DNA of 64,000 nucleotides, from positions 20,648,001 through 20,712,000 of the forward strand of contig NC_086118.1 in NCBI RefSeq assembly GCF_963921235.1. The letters are read 5' to 3'. The notes under the pieces are model-generated. The model did not search any database and was not told the DNA's origin. It worked only from the letters and a program-made list of their open reading frames with translations. The translations under genes and the position numbers were made by a program. Source of the DNA: Mobula hypostoma. Lineage: Eukaryota. How positions within the stretch are numbered: the stretch's first letter is position 1; the number at the start of each line of letters is the position of its first letter. Shown piece by piece: positions 27,213 to 39,716 of the stretch.

Positions 27213-27807
27213 GTGGGCTATAAAAATTGAAACTTAGTTTATTTTTTCTTGACATTATTCCAATCTGATTAAGGCAATCAGAATCAAAAGAACTGTTTCA
27301 GAGTAATTTCATTCCCAATTTGTGTTTTTTTAAAGTAAAAAAGCAATTTCAATTATTAATTTTATTGTGTGTTACTGCATGTTCCCCAGACTTTATCATG
27401 GGTTCAGATATTTCTACTTTCCCTTATTAGCTTATCCGTTGGAACTTTGCTTCTGGTTACTTGTTTAGAAGAAGCTGAAATATATTTCACTTCTGCTTTT
27501 ATATTCTCTCATTTTATGTAGCTGTGGAATGCAACTTTATCCACCCGTGTCTACACTACTATTCTGAACCATTAGATCTACAGAGCTACACAGTATGAGC
27601 CCATGATATAATTGAATCTTTTAATAACGTTAATGAACTGTAATACTGCTAAGCGATTTTCTTTCAAATACATGGAATTGTGGTTTTTAGAATTTCAGTT
27701 CAGGTTTATTTATCGGCTTTCTTCAGTACACGAGTATGAAGAAGAATGAAATGATTGTTACTCTGGATCCAATGCAGCATAAAAAAACAAAATAAGCGTA
27801 TAAATCA

Positions 27808-28012
27808 CAAACAACAGGAATTCTGCAGATGCTGGAAATTCAAGCAACACACATCAAAGTTGCTGGTGAACGCAGCAGGCCAGGCAGCATCTATAGGAAG
27901 AGGCGCAGTCGACGTTTCAGGCCGATTCTCGGCCTGAAACGTCGACTGCGCCTCTTCCTATAGATGCTGCCTGGCCTGCTGCGTTCACCAGCAACTTTGA
28001 TGTGTGTTGGTT
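27808..28012. mobile_element. Fold-back mini-insertion of the PLE 3' end
   Basis: Perfect 81-bp inverted arms 27845-27925/27929-28009 with a 3-nt loop; 10-bp TSD gtataaatca at 27798-27807 and 28013-28022. Confidence 0.9.
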
Positions 28013-28108
28013 GTATAAATCATAATATATGTGACAATGAAAGCAATGTTATAAAGCACAATGTTCAAGTGACTGGTGAGTGTGGTGATATATACATGAG
28101 GTTAGCTT

Positions 28109-28326
28109 CACAAACAGGAGAAAATCTGCAGATGCTGGAAATCCAAAGCAACACACACAAAATGCTGGAGGTGCTCAGCAGGCCAGGCAGCAGCTATGGA
28201 AAAGAGTAAACAGTGGGCATTTTGGGCAGTCTTGATGAAGGGTCTTGGTTCGAAATGTTGACTGTTTACTCTTTTCCATAGATGCTGCCTGGACTGCTGA
28301 GTTCCTCCAGCATTTTGTGTGTGTTG
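28109..28326. mobile_element. Older fold-back PLE-end insertion
   Basis: Imperfect 67-bp inverted arms 28148-28214/28261-28327; spacer holds a decayed hammerhead; approximate 14-bp TSD catgaggttagctt/cataagattagctt. Confidence 0.75.
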
Positions 28327-28904
28327 CATAAGATTAGCTTATATACATAGACTGAATGCACGTACATAAAGTGATGCTAGCTGCAGGAGTATCTAAGTAT
28401 AAGGTGACTCTGACAAGAAATGATAATGTGACTCTTGGGACAGGGAACTCTTCTAGGTAGTAGGAGGGCATATGAAAATATAGGACAGTGACTGTGTCAG
28501 TGTAGGTATTAGGCATGGAGAGTAATCGTAAAATGGCAGTGCGTGGAGTTTGACGGATGCTGAGGGGCTGTGGAGAAGAGTAGCTGATGTGGATGGGGTG
28601 GTGGTGGGGGTTGCTAATAGTTGGAGGTGTTGATCAGCCTGACATCTTGGGGGAATTAACTGTTTTTGAGTGATCAGCTCTTTACAACTTAATGATCTTT
28701 TTTGTCTAAGTCTTAAATTCCACTGAAGGATTCTTAACCTAAAATGTTTACCATTTTTCTTTCTCCTTAGATGTTGCCTTGATGTGCTGAATATCTTCAG
28801 AATTTTTTGTTTGTATCTTTCTGTATGAGGTTTTAATTTCGTATCAGTCATCATAAAAATGTTCAGAGGAATGGAAAAAATATCTAAAATGTACGGTATT
28901 ATAA

Positions 28905-29830
28905 ATTTAGAACACAAGATTATGGGAAAATAGGAGGAATATGTTATTTGGCCCTTCAAACCTGTCCCACCTTTTAAAATGATCATTGATGATCTAAACT
29001 GGCATCGACTCTCTTTGTGTCATTTTTCCATAAGCTTCTGTTCCTTCATGTATCCAACTCCTCTTTAAATATTTCTGCTGTTCCAATTTCCACCACCATC
29101 TAAGTAAGAGAATTCCAGAAATTTACCATTCTTTATGAAAACAAATATCTATGTGTCTCAGTTTAAAATGACTGGCCCTTTCTTATTATGTCTCTTTGTT
29201 TGACACTGTCCCACTTCTGAAAAGATTACAACAGCTACCCTGTCAGGTTCCCTTAGGATCTTGTATGTTTAAATAAGATCACCCCTCATTCCGCTAAACT
29301 TCAAGGAATATGGGCCCAAACTATTTGGTCTTCCTGGCAAACGAGAAAATCTGCAGATGCTGGAATCCAAGCAACATATACAAAATGCTGGAGGAACTCA
29401 GCAGACCAGGCAGCTTCTGTGGAAAAGGTGCTGAGATCCTCTAGCATTTCGTTTGTGGTGTTCGTCTCCTTTGGTTAGGCGACCCTCTAATTCCAATCTC
29501 CTTTGCACTCATTCCAGTGTTATCCTTTCATTCAATGAGGAGATCAAATTGCTACACATTTTTCCAGGTTAGGCCTCTCCAACACCCTGGACAATGTTTG
29601 TAACACCTCCCCGTCTTTAAACTCCAACCCCTTTGCAGTACAGGCCAAAATGCCCTTTGCCTTCAGAACTACTTGCTGGATCTGCACGCTAGCTTTTTAT
29701 GACTCATGCAGTAGGACAGCTTGATCCTTCCGTTCTTCACTCACGGTCAGTCTCTTTCCATTTTGATCATTTCTCTTTTTGATTTACTGTGTCCTACCAA
29801 AGTGCATGATTCCCACTTTCCCACTTGAAA
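28905..29830 (-). mobile_element. Old CR1 3' fragment interrupted by a PLE-end remnant (about 29337-29460)
   Basis: Reverse complement contains an RMRGDLI-TYKILR motif and a CR1 3' UTR. Confidence 0.6.
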
Positions 29831-30167
29831 GTTATTTCCCATGGTAGAGATATGGCAGAGTTATTTCCCATGGTGTGGGACAAAAGGGCACAACTTCAGG
29901 ACTGAAGGACATCCATTTAGAACAGAGATGCGGAGAAATTACTTTAGTCAGTGGGTGGTAAATCTATGGAATTTGCTGCCACAAGTGGTTGTGGAGGCCA
30001 AGTCATTGAATGTATTTAAGACAGAGATAGATTCTTGATTAGCCAGGGCATCAAAGGGTATGGGGAGAAGGCAGGGGAGTATGGATGACTGGAAGAATTG
30101 GATCAGCCTATGATTGAATGGTGGAGCAGACTGATGGGCCAAATGGCCCATTTCTCCTATATCTTAT

Positions 30168-30417
30168 AAAAGTTGCTGGTGAACACAGCAGGCCAGGCAG
30201 CATCTCTAGGAAGAGGTGCAGTCGACGTTTCAGGCTGAGACCCTTCGTCAGGACTAACTGAAGGAAGATACTCTTCCTGCAGTTAGTCCTGACGAAGGGT
30301 CTCGGCCTGAAACGTCGACTGCACCTCTCCCTAGAGATGCTGCCTGGCCTGCTGCGTTCACCAGCAATGTTTATGTGTGTTGCTTGAATTTCCAGCATCT
30401 GCAGAATTCCTGTTGTT
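30168..30417. mobile_element. Fold-back mini-insertion of the PLE 3' end with a hammerhead on each strand
   Basis: About 96-bp inverted arms 30173-30268/30272-30367 with loop tac; 13-bp TSD tcctatatcttat at 30155-30167 and 30418-30430. Confidence 0.9.
30280..30321 (+). ncRNA. Minimal type I hammerhead ribozyme, sense to FN3KRP intron 2
   Basis: cagttagtc-ctgacga-a-gggt-ctcg-gcct-gaaac-gtc/gactg; predicted cleavage after C30316. Mirror copy on the - strand at 30219-30260. Confidence 0.78.
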
Positions 30418-31646
30418 TCCTATATCTTATGGTCTTATGGAAACTTCATTTTCCTTTTTTGCCCACTCACTCAGTTTGTCCTCAGTCAGTTGCAGTATTG
30501 TGTTATCTTTACCACACCATGCCCTTCCAGCTATTTTCATATCACCAGCAAATTTTGAAACCTTGCATACTGTTCCTTCCTCCAGGTCATTAATTTAAAT
30601 AGTGGACAATTGTGGGCCAAGAGCTGATTCCTGCAATGGTTACACCCTTACATTCTGAAAAGGGCCCGTTTATTATAACCCTTATATTTTCTCTGTGACA
30701 AGCAGTTTCCACTCCATTGAAACAGCCGCCTTCTGATTCTTGACAAAGCCTTTTTGAAATCTAAATACATTTCACCTGCAGATTCCCCTCAAAAGTTAGG
30801 AGCAAACTTGACTTACTTTTATAAAACTATGTTGATGAGGTTTAATTATATTCAGCTTTCCTAAAAGATCAAGTTTTTTCTTATTTGATTATTACTTGAT
30901 CATTTACAGTTTAAACAAACTGGCCTTTAGGTTTCAGTCCTCTGTCTTTCTCCTCCTTTTGAGCAAGGGAGTTACATTGACTATTTTCCAATCTTCTGGT
31001 AAAAATTTTAATCAGTGCATTATGGAATTAGTGTATTTGGTCTGTAGTTACCTAATTATACATTGTGGGCAACAATCAAATCAGAAAATGCTCAACAGGT
31101 CATGCAGATTTATTGTAAGAAAAACAATATTTAATTTTCAGACCAAAGCCTCCTCACCAAAAACTGCTTGAGTATTTTCTGCTTTTACACAGTGACCTGC
31201 ATTTCAGATTTCTCAGTTTCTGCAAGTTTTGATTTGATTGTGGAACGGTAGTTTGGTTTGCAATTGGGGATCTGTGGATCAGGTTGCAGGTCGAGCCTGG
31301 AGTTCTGTGTTGGACAAACTGAGAGCTAAAAGCAAAAAAGTTGATTCATTTTCCTCTTGCCTTGGAATTGGATGCATAGTTCTTGAGATTATAATTGAAA
31401 ATCTTAAGTTTATGTGTGGTAGTATAAAGGACACACCATGGTTAATGGAAATTCTAAAATCATTTTAGATATTTTTAAATGATTTGTCAAGCCATGTAAA
31501 TAATGCCAAAAAGATAGTCAATGTGGATGACAATTGATTTGCCACATGGAAGGTCCAAGATGGAATTAAATATTACTCCTTGGTTTATTTATGTCAAAAG
31601 CTGTTGGAAAAGATGCCTGTGTTCAGTTCTGATGTTTCTTCTCTAG

Positions 31647-31738
31647 ATACATGGCTAAACTAGGAGAGCAACTGGCAGATCTGCATCTTCATAATGCAAA
31701 ACTTAACGAGCAGCAACAAAGAGACGCGCAGACTGTTG
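31647..31738 (+). CDS. FN3KRP: FN3K family kinase coding exon 3 (92 nt)
   Basis: ctctag acceptor; YMAKLGEQLADLHLHNAKLNEQQQRDAQTV; GTAAG donor at 31739. Confidence 0.93.
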
Positions 31739-32326
31739 GTAAGGTACCAATGTTTACTCAAAACTTGGTCATTTGTAATTGACTTTAGCACGATGATTTT
31801 TGCAACTTGAGATTCTAAATCTTCGGAACTTAAGGATTAAATCAGTTAAACTTTGGAGAAGTCTTACTCTTTTTGAATTACAATTTTAGTTGTAAAGGAT
31901 TCAGATGCCCTGAAAAATGCTGATCTCTTTATGAAAAAGTACACACTGTACCTTTAAGCGCATAGGATTTATTGATTCATCTCTGAGGAATTATCTGATA
32001 AAATAGTGCAATTGTATTGTACTGTGAAATACTGTAATTTACCATTGAACTGTCAAGGAATTGGTAATGAAGCATTAAGGTAGATGAAACCTTGTGAATC
32101 TTTTGTAGAGCAGACAATGGGCCAAACGGCCTACTTCTGCTCCTATATCTTATGGTCTTATATAGGTTACTACTTTTTGCTGCCTTCTGAAACTGAGCAG
32201 TACTGAAGATGAGCAGTTTCTAGTTCCTGGGTGTTAGCCTCTCTGAAGATCTATCCCAAGTTCATCATATTGGTGCAATTACAAAGAAGGCACGTCAGCA
32301 GCTATATTTCACTAGGAATTTGAGGA

Positions 32327-35300
32327 CACATCTAATATCCCTCTGGCCTTTCTCGATCTCTCAGTCTCCATCTCTGAGACAAACAGTCTACTGACATCTT
32401 TTATAAACCTACCGATTCCTACAGCTATCTTAACTATACTCTTTCCCACCCTGCTTCCTGTAAAAATGCAGTTTTCTTTTCTCAGTTCCCTCGTCTCCAC
32501 CCCACCTGTTCCCATGAAGAGGCTTTCCTTTCCAGAATATCAGAGATGTCCTCCTTCTTCAAAGAATGGGATTTCCCTTCCTCTACCATTAATACTCCCC
32601 TCACTGATATCTCCCCCATTTTTGGACATCCACTGTCACCCCCACCTTCCCACTGCTTGAACAGGGATAGAGTTCCTCTTGTTCTCACCACTCCATGAGT
32701 CAGAGCATCCAACAAATCATTCTGCAAAACTTTGGCCATCTTCAATGAGATCTTACCACCAAACATATCTTTACTCTTCCCCCCCCCCCCCACTTTCTGC
32801 AGGGATCAATCCCTCCATGATTCCCTTGTCCATTGGTTCCCCCCCCCCCCCACTCATCTCCCTCCTGGCACATATCCCTGCAAATGACAGAAATGCTACA
32901 CCTGCCCATTTGCCTCTTCCCTTAACTCTATTCTGGGCCCCAAAGAGTCCTTCTAGGTGAGGCAGTACTTCACCTGCAAATCTGTTGGGGTCGTCTACTG
33001 TACTGATGCTGCCAGTGCGGCCTCTTTACATTGGTGAGACCCGACGTAAGTTGTGGGACCGCTTTGTTGAGCACCTCCACTCCATCTGCAAAAAGTGGAA
33101 TTTCCTAGTGGCCAACTATTTTAATTCTTATCCCAATACCTGTTACACTGTATCTGTCTACAGTCTCCTCGTTTGCCACAATGAGGCTACTCTCAGGATG
33201 GAGGAGCAACACCTCATATTCTGTCTAGGTAGCCTCCAACCTGATGGCATGAACATTGCTTTCTCCTGTTTTTTTTTTCTATTCCCCTTCCCTCTTCTTC
33301 TTTTCCCTCTCTGGTCTCTTACCTCTTCACTTGCCTGTAGACAATAGACAATAGGTGCAGGAGTAGGTCATTCGGCCCTTCAAGCCAGCACCACCATTCA
33401 CTGTGATCATGGCTGATCATCCACTATCAGTATCCAGTTCCTGCCTTATCCCCATAACTTTTGATTCCACTATCTTTAAGAGCTCTATCCATCTCTTTTT
33501 TGAAAGCATCCAGAGACTTGGCCTCCACAGCCTTCTGAGGCAGAGCATTCCATATGTCCACCACGCTCTGGGTGAAAAAGTTTTTCCTCAACTCCGTTCT
33601 AAATGGCTTACCCCTAATTCTTAAACTGTGGCCTCTGGTTCTGGACTCACCCATCAGCGGGAACATGCTTCCTGCCTGCAGCATGTCCAATCCCTTAATA
33701 ATCTTATATGTTTCAATAAGATCCCCTCTCACCCTTCTAAATTCCAGAGTATACAAGCCCAGTCGCTCCAATCTTTCGACATATGGCTGTCCTGCCATCC
33801 CGGGAATTAACCTTGTGAACCTACGCTGCACTCCCTCAATAGCAAGAATGTCCTCAAATTTGGAGACCAAAACTGCACACAGTACTCCAGGTGTGGTCTC
33901 ACCAGGGCCCTGTACAGCTGCAGATGGACGTCTTTGCTTTTATACTCAATTCCCCTTGTTATGAAGGCCAGCATGCCATTAGCTTTTTTCACTGCCTGCT
34001 GTATTTGCATGCTTGCTTTCAGTGACTGATGTACAAGAACACCTAGATGTCGTTGTGCTTCTCCTTTTCCTAACTTGACTCCATTTAGATAATAATCTGC
34101 CTTCCCGTTCTTATCACCAAAGTGGATAACCTCACATTTATCCACATTAAACTGCATCTGCCATGCATCCGCCCACTCACCCAGCCTGTCCAAGTCACCC
34201 TGCATTCTCATAACATCCTCCTCACATTTCACGCTGCCACCCAGCTTTGTGTCATCTGCAAATTTGCTAATGTTACTTTTAATTCCCTCATCTAAATCAT
34301 TAATATATATTGTAAACAGCTGCGGTCCCAGCACTGAACCCTGCGGTACCCCACTGCTCACCGCCTGCCATTCCGAAAGGGACCCGTTAATCGCTACTCT
34401 TTGTTTTCTGTCAGCCAACCAATTTTCAATCCATGTCAGTATTCTGCCCCCAATACCGTGTGCCCTAATTTTGCCTACTAATCTCCTATGTGGGACTTTA
34501 TCAAAGGCTTTCTGAAAGTCCAGGTACACTGCATCCACTGGCTCTCCCTTGTCCATTTTCATAGTTACATACTCAAAAAAATTCCAGAAGATTAGTCAAG
34601 CACGATTTCCCCTTCGTAAATCCATGCTGACTCGGACCAGTCCTGTTACTACTATCCAGATGTGTCGTAATTTCATCTTTTATAATTGACTCCAGCATCT
34701 TTCCCACCGCCGATGTCAGGCTAACCGGTCTATAATTCCCTCTTTTCTCTCTTCCTCCCTTCTTGAAGAGAGGGACAACATTAGCCACCCTCCAATCCAT
34801 AGGAACTGATCCTGAAACTATAGAACATTGGAAAATGATTACCAGTGCATCCACGATTTCTAAAGCCACCTCCTTAAGTACCCTGGGATGCAGACCATCA
34901 GGTCCTGGGGACTTACCAGCCTCCAGACCCAACAACCTATCCAACACCCTATCCAACACCATTTCCTGCCTAATATAAATTTCCTTCAATTCATCCATTA
35001 CCCTAGGTCTTTTGGCCACTATTACATCTGGGAGGTTGTTTGTGTCTTCCCTAGTGAAGACAGATCCAAAGTACCTGTTCAACTCGTCTGCCATTTCCTT
35101 GTTCCCCATAATAAATTCACCCGCTTCTGTCTTCAAGGGGCCAGTTTTGCTCTTAACTATTTTTTTCCTTTTCACATACCTAAAGAAGCTTTTACTATCC
35201 TCCTTTATATTCTTGGCTAGTTTACCTTTGTACCTCATTTTTTCTCCATGTATTGCCTTTTTAGTTACCTTCTATTGCTCTTTTTTCCGGCTTCCCACTC

Positions 35301-37469
35301 GTTTTTGCTATGTTATACTTCTCTTTTATTTTTATACTGTCCATTACTTCCCTTGTCAGCCACGGCCTCCCTTTATTCCCCTTAGGATCTTTCTTCCTCT
35401 TTGGAACGAACTGATCCTGCACCTTCCGCATTATTCCCAGAAACACTTGCCATTGCTGTTCCACTGTCATCCCTGCTAGGGTATTGTTCCATTGAACTGT
35501 GGTCAGCTACTCCCTCATAGCACCATAGTTCCCTTTGTTCAACTGTAATACTGACACTTCCGAGTTGCCCTTCTCCCTCTCAAATTATAGATTAAAACTT
35601 CTCATATTATGGTCACTACCTCCTAATGGCTCCTTTACCTCAAGGTCCCTGATCAAATCTGGTTCATTGCACAAAACTAAATCTAGAATTGCGTTCACTC
35701 TGGTAGGCTCCAGTACAAGCTGTTCTAAGAATCCATCTCGGAGGGACTCCACAAACTCCCTTTCTTGGGGTCCAGCACCAACCTGATCCCTCCAGTCTAC
35801 CTGCATGTTGAAGACCCCATAACAACTGTAGCATTACCTTTGCGACATGCCAATTTTATCTCTTGATTCAACTTGTACCCTACATCCAGACTACTGTTTG
35901 GGGGCCTGTAGATAACTCCCATTAGGGTCTTTCTACCCTTAGAATTTCTCAGTTCTATCCATACTGACTCTATGTCTCCTGATTCTATGTCCCCCCTCGC
36001 AAGGGACTGAATATCATTCCTCACCAACAGATATGACGTATACCCTTGAATATTCATTTCCCAGGTCCTGTCCACTTGAAGCCATGTCTCTGTTATTCCC
36101 ACAACATCATACTTACCAATTTCCAACTGTGCCTCAAGCTCATCTACTTTATTTCTTATACTCTGTGCATTCATATATAATACTTTCAATTCATTACTCC
36201 CCTCACCTCCCATATCAGTTCCTCTATCACTTGGCCATACTGTATAATCCCTTCTTGAGCTTTCTGCTCTGTTGATTCTGCTATCATTCTTAATTTTTCT
36301 GATTCTCACTTTCCCTTTATCTCCATCCGTATGTTTCCAGTTCGTCCCCACCCCCCCACTACTTAGTTTAAACACACCCGTGTTGCAGAGGCAAACCTGC
36401 CTGCCAGAATGCTGATGCCCCGCTTATTAAGGTGCAACCCATCCCTTTTGTACAATTCATCCCTACCCCGAAACATACCCCAGTGGTCCAAGGATGTAAA
36501 TTCTTGATTCCTGCACCAGTTCCTCAGCCACACATTCAGATCCATTATCTCCCTGTTCTTGACCATTCCAGCAGAGGAACTGGAAGCAAACCGGAGATAA
36601 CCACCCTGGAAATCCTGCTTTTCAGCCTTCTTCTGAGTTCTCTGAAGTCGCGCTGTGGAATGTCTTTCCTCTTCTTCCCCATGTCATTTGTGCTGACATG
36701 CACCACCACTTCTGGATGTTCGCCTTCACTCTTGAGGATTCCCTGCCCCCGGTCCATGACGTCCTGGATCCCAGCACCAGGGAGGCAACACACCATCCTT
36801 AAATCTTGCCTGTTGCCACAGAAACCCCTTTCTGTACCTCTCACTATCACCTCCCCTTTGTGCCCCTCCTTCTACCCTTTCTCCCATGGTCATAAATTGG
36901 GGATTGCTTCACTCAATCTGACAAAAGCAGAAATTCCTGGTGGCCATTAAATCTGATTCCATTCCCATTCCGACATGTCAGTCAATGGCCTCCTTTTTTG
37001 CCACAATGAGGCCACTCTCAGGGTGGAGGAGCAACATCTTATATTCCTGCTGGGTTGCCTCCAACTTGATGGCATAAAAATCGATTTCTCCTTCTGATTT
37101 TAAAAAAAAGAGTCCTTCCCCCTCAACTCTTCAACTCTTCTTCTATTCCACAGTCCGGCCTCTTACCTCTTCTCACCTGCCTATTACCTCCCCTTGGTGC
37201 CCCCTCTCCTTCCCTTTCTCCCATGGTCCACTCTCTTCTCCTATCAGATTCTTTCTTCTCCAACCCTTTAACTTTCCCACCCACCTGGCTTCACCAATCA
37301 CTTTCTAGCTAGTGCTGCTTCCCCTACTCCCACCTTTTTTATTCTGGCATTTTTCCCCTTCCTTTGCAGTCCTGAAGAAGGGTCTCCGCCTAAAACGTCA
37401 ACTGTTCATACATTTCCATAGATGTTGCCTGACCCACTGAATTACTCTAGTATTTTGTGTGTGTTGCTC
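32327..37469 (+). mobile_element. Older Penelope-like element with partial tandem 3' repeat, interrupted by a CR1
   Basis: LYIGETRRKL..RFVEH endonuclease at 32985-33270; endonuclease end and 3' UTR repeated at about 36940-37469; 13-bp TSD aggaatttgagga at 32314-32326 and 37470-37482. Confidence 0.85.
33337..36843 (-). mobile_element. Near full-length CR1 LINE: ORF1 SGNH esterase C-terminal part plus ORF2 (APE-RT), frameshifted
   Basis: ORF1 VVVHVSTNDMG and DGLHLN; ORF2 LYMNAQSIRNK, LGGSDHN, YRPVSLTS, YLDFQKAFDKVPH, GVPQGSVLGP, FADD; (tattgtc)n tail. The flanking PLE 3' UTR rejoins across it. Confidence 0.93.
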
Positions 37470-37707
37470 AGGAATTTGAGGAGATTTGGTAGGTCACCAA
37501 TGATTCCTACAAATTTCTACAGAAGTACTGTGTAAAGTATTTTAATTGTTTGCATCACCATCTGGTATGGAGGGGCCACTGCATAGTATCAGAAAAATCT
37601 GCAGAGGGCTACAAACTCAGCCAGCTCTTTTGTGGGTTTTGGCCTTCCCAGCGTCAAAGGCATCTTTGATAGGTGGTGCCTCAGAATGGTGGGATCCATC
37701 ATAAGAA

Positions 37708-39152
37708 CATAGACCATAGAACAAAGAGCAGTACACCAGAGGGACAGGACCATCAGGTCCACAACGTTATGCTGAACCAATTAAATTAGTTATCAAATAG
37801 CCAACCAAACTGATCCCTTCTGCCTACACAATGTCCATCTCCTTCGAACTTCATCGCATTCATACGCCTATTTAAATATCTTGTAAAAGTCTCAAATGTA
37901 TCTGCCTCTACTTCCACCCCAGACAGCGCGTTGCAGGAGCCAACCAGTATGTGTAAAAAAAAATGCCCTCATATCTCCTTGCCAAAAAACAGCTGTTCCC
38001 AATTAACTCTCCCTCATTCCTGCCTAATGCTCTTGTAATTTGCCTTGCTCCCAAAAGGTCCATACTTATTCTTATCTGTAGCTATCTTAAACTTAAGGAG
38101 TTGTGGTCACTGCTCCCGAACTGCTCACCCACTGAAAGGTTGGTCAGCTGGCCAGACACATTACCCAACAGCAGGTCCAGTACAGCCCCTCCTCTTTTTG
38201 GGCTATCAACATAATGATTTAAGAAACCCTCTTGGATGCACTTAGCAAATTCTGACCCATTTAACCCTCTTGCACTAAGAAAGTCCCAGTTTATATTTGG
38301 GAAGTTGAAGTCCCCCATAACAAGAATGTTACTGTTTTCACACAGTTCCTTAATCTATTTGCATGTCTGTTCCTCAATATCCCAATGGCTATTGGGGGAG
38401 AGGATTTGTAGTACAATCCCATCAAAGTGATTGTACCTTTTTTTATATTTGAATTTTAACCTATATAGGGTCAGTGGCTGAGCCTTCCATTATGTCTCTA
38501 CTGAGTACAGCTGTAATGTTGTACCTGATTTGTGATGCAACTTGATCCTGCACCCACCCCTTTTTACTCCCCTCTCTATTTTTTTAAGACATCGAAACCC
38601 TGATACATTAAGCACCCATTCATGTCCCTTACTGCCACAGCATCGTAATTCCATGCACTGATCCATGCTCTAAGTTCATTACCTTTATCCATAAAACTCC
38701 TAGCATTAAAATAGACACACTTCAAACTATCCATCTTCTCATATCTATTACTTTGCTCCTGCCTGTTTTTACTGGCCCTGACATCTACCAACCTCTCTAT
38801 CCCTCCGCTTTCTAACCTGATGCTCTGGTTCTCATCCCCCTATCAAACTAGTTTAAGCCTTCCTGAGTAGCGCAAGTGAACCTTCTGGCCAGGATATTGG
38901 TTCCTCTCTAGTTTAGGTGTAAACCATCCCCTTCTACAGGTCACCCCTGCTCCAGAAAAAGTTCCAGTGGCCCAAGAACCTGAAACCCTGCTCCCTGCAC
39001 CAGTCCCTCAGCCACTCAGTCATCTATACTGTCATCCTATTGCTGCCCTGACTAGCACGTGGCACCGGTAGTGATCTGGAGATTACTTATTTGGAGGCCC
39101 TGCTCTTCAACCTCTTTCCTGACTCTGTAGACTCACTGTGCAGGACCTCTTC
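37708..39152 (-). mobile_element. Internally deleted CR1 (ORF1 end, APE start and 3' UTR)
   Basis: LKCVYFNARS, MGDFNFPNINW..LDLLLGN..GSSDHNSL; tail atagaccatagaac at the left end. Confidence 0.8.
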
Positions 39153-39716
39153 TCCCTTAAGGACCCCCCATCATGCAGGACATTGCTATCATCAGGGAGT
39201 AAGTACAGGATCCTGAAGGCACACACGCAGCGCCTTAAGAACAACATCTTCCATTCCACCACCAGATTTCTGAACACACAATGAACCAACCCATGAACAT
39301 TATCTCACTATTTTTCAGCTCTCTTTTTGATTTACTTATATTTATGTTGTAATTTATAGGTCTATTATATTTTGCACTGTACTGCTGCTGTAAAAAAAAA
39401 ATCACAAGATATCCTGGTGATATTAAATCTGATTCTGAACTGCATCCATTTCTTAATAACACGGAAGAGCAGGTTTTAACTTTATTGCTTGAGCTATCAT
39501 GATATGTATGTTATGAAAAACAGTTAACTTTGTAGTGTTTTAATGAATATAATCTATTTAAGGGAACACTGTTAACAGTTGACTTAATAGCAGTTCATTG
39601 GAGGTAGAGGATGCTTAGTTACATTTAGGAAGATAATGTATTAGTGCAGAATTGTACTTTCTTTTTTATGTGCTATGTCTATTGGTTTAAATATTTATTA
39701 TTTGTATCTGAGCTAG

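Larger units (their letters stand above)
29870..30440 (+). mobile_element. CR1 3' end whose tail is interrupted by a PLE fold-back insertion
   Basis: TKGHNFR..FRTEMRRNYFSQWVVNLWNLLP; tail tatatcttatggtcttatgg resumes after 30418. Confidence 0.8.
32195..39440 (+). mobile_element. Rex1/Babar 3' part split into three pieces (about 32195-32326, 37470-37707, 39155-39440) by later insertions
   Basis: FLGV..KKARQQLYFxRNLR coding continues after the PLE insertion; SII/KDPHH coding resumes after the CR1 insertion; tctgattctga tail near 39430. Confidence 0.75.

Noticed and set aside
29830..29874. Short direct repeat agttatttcccatggt
   Set aside because: Lies at the junction of two CR1 fragments and looks like an insertion or repair scar; no further structure.
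37366..37404. Hammerhead in the older PLE (sense to FN3KRP intron 3)
   Set aside because: Core GAAA is mutated to AAAA (G12A-equivalent) and stem I is weakened.
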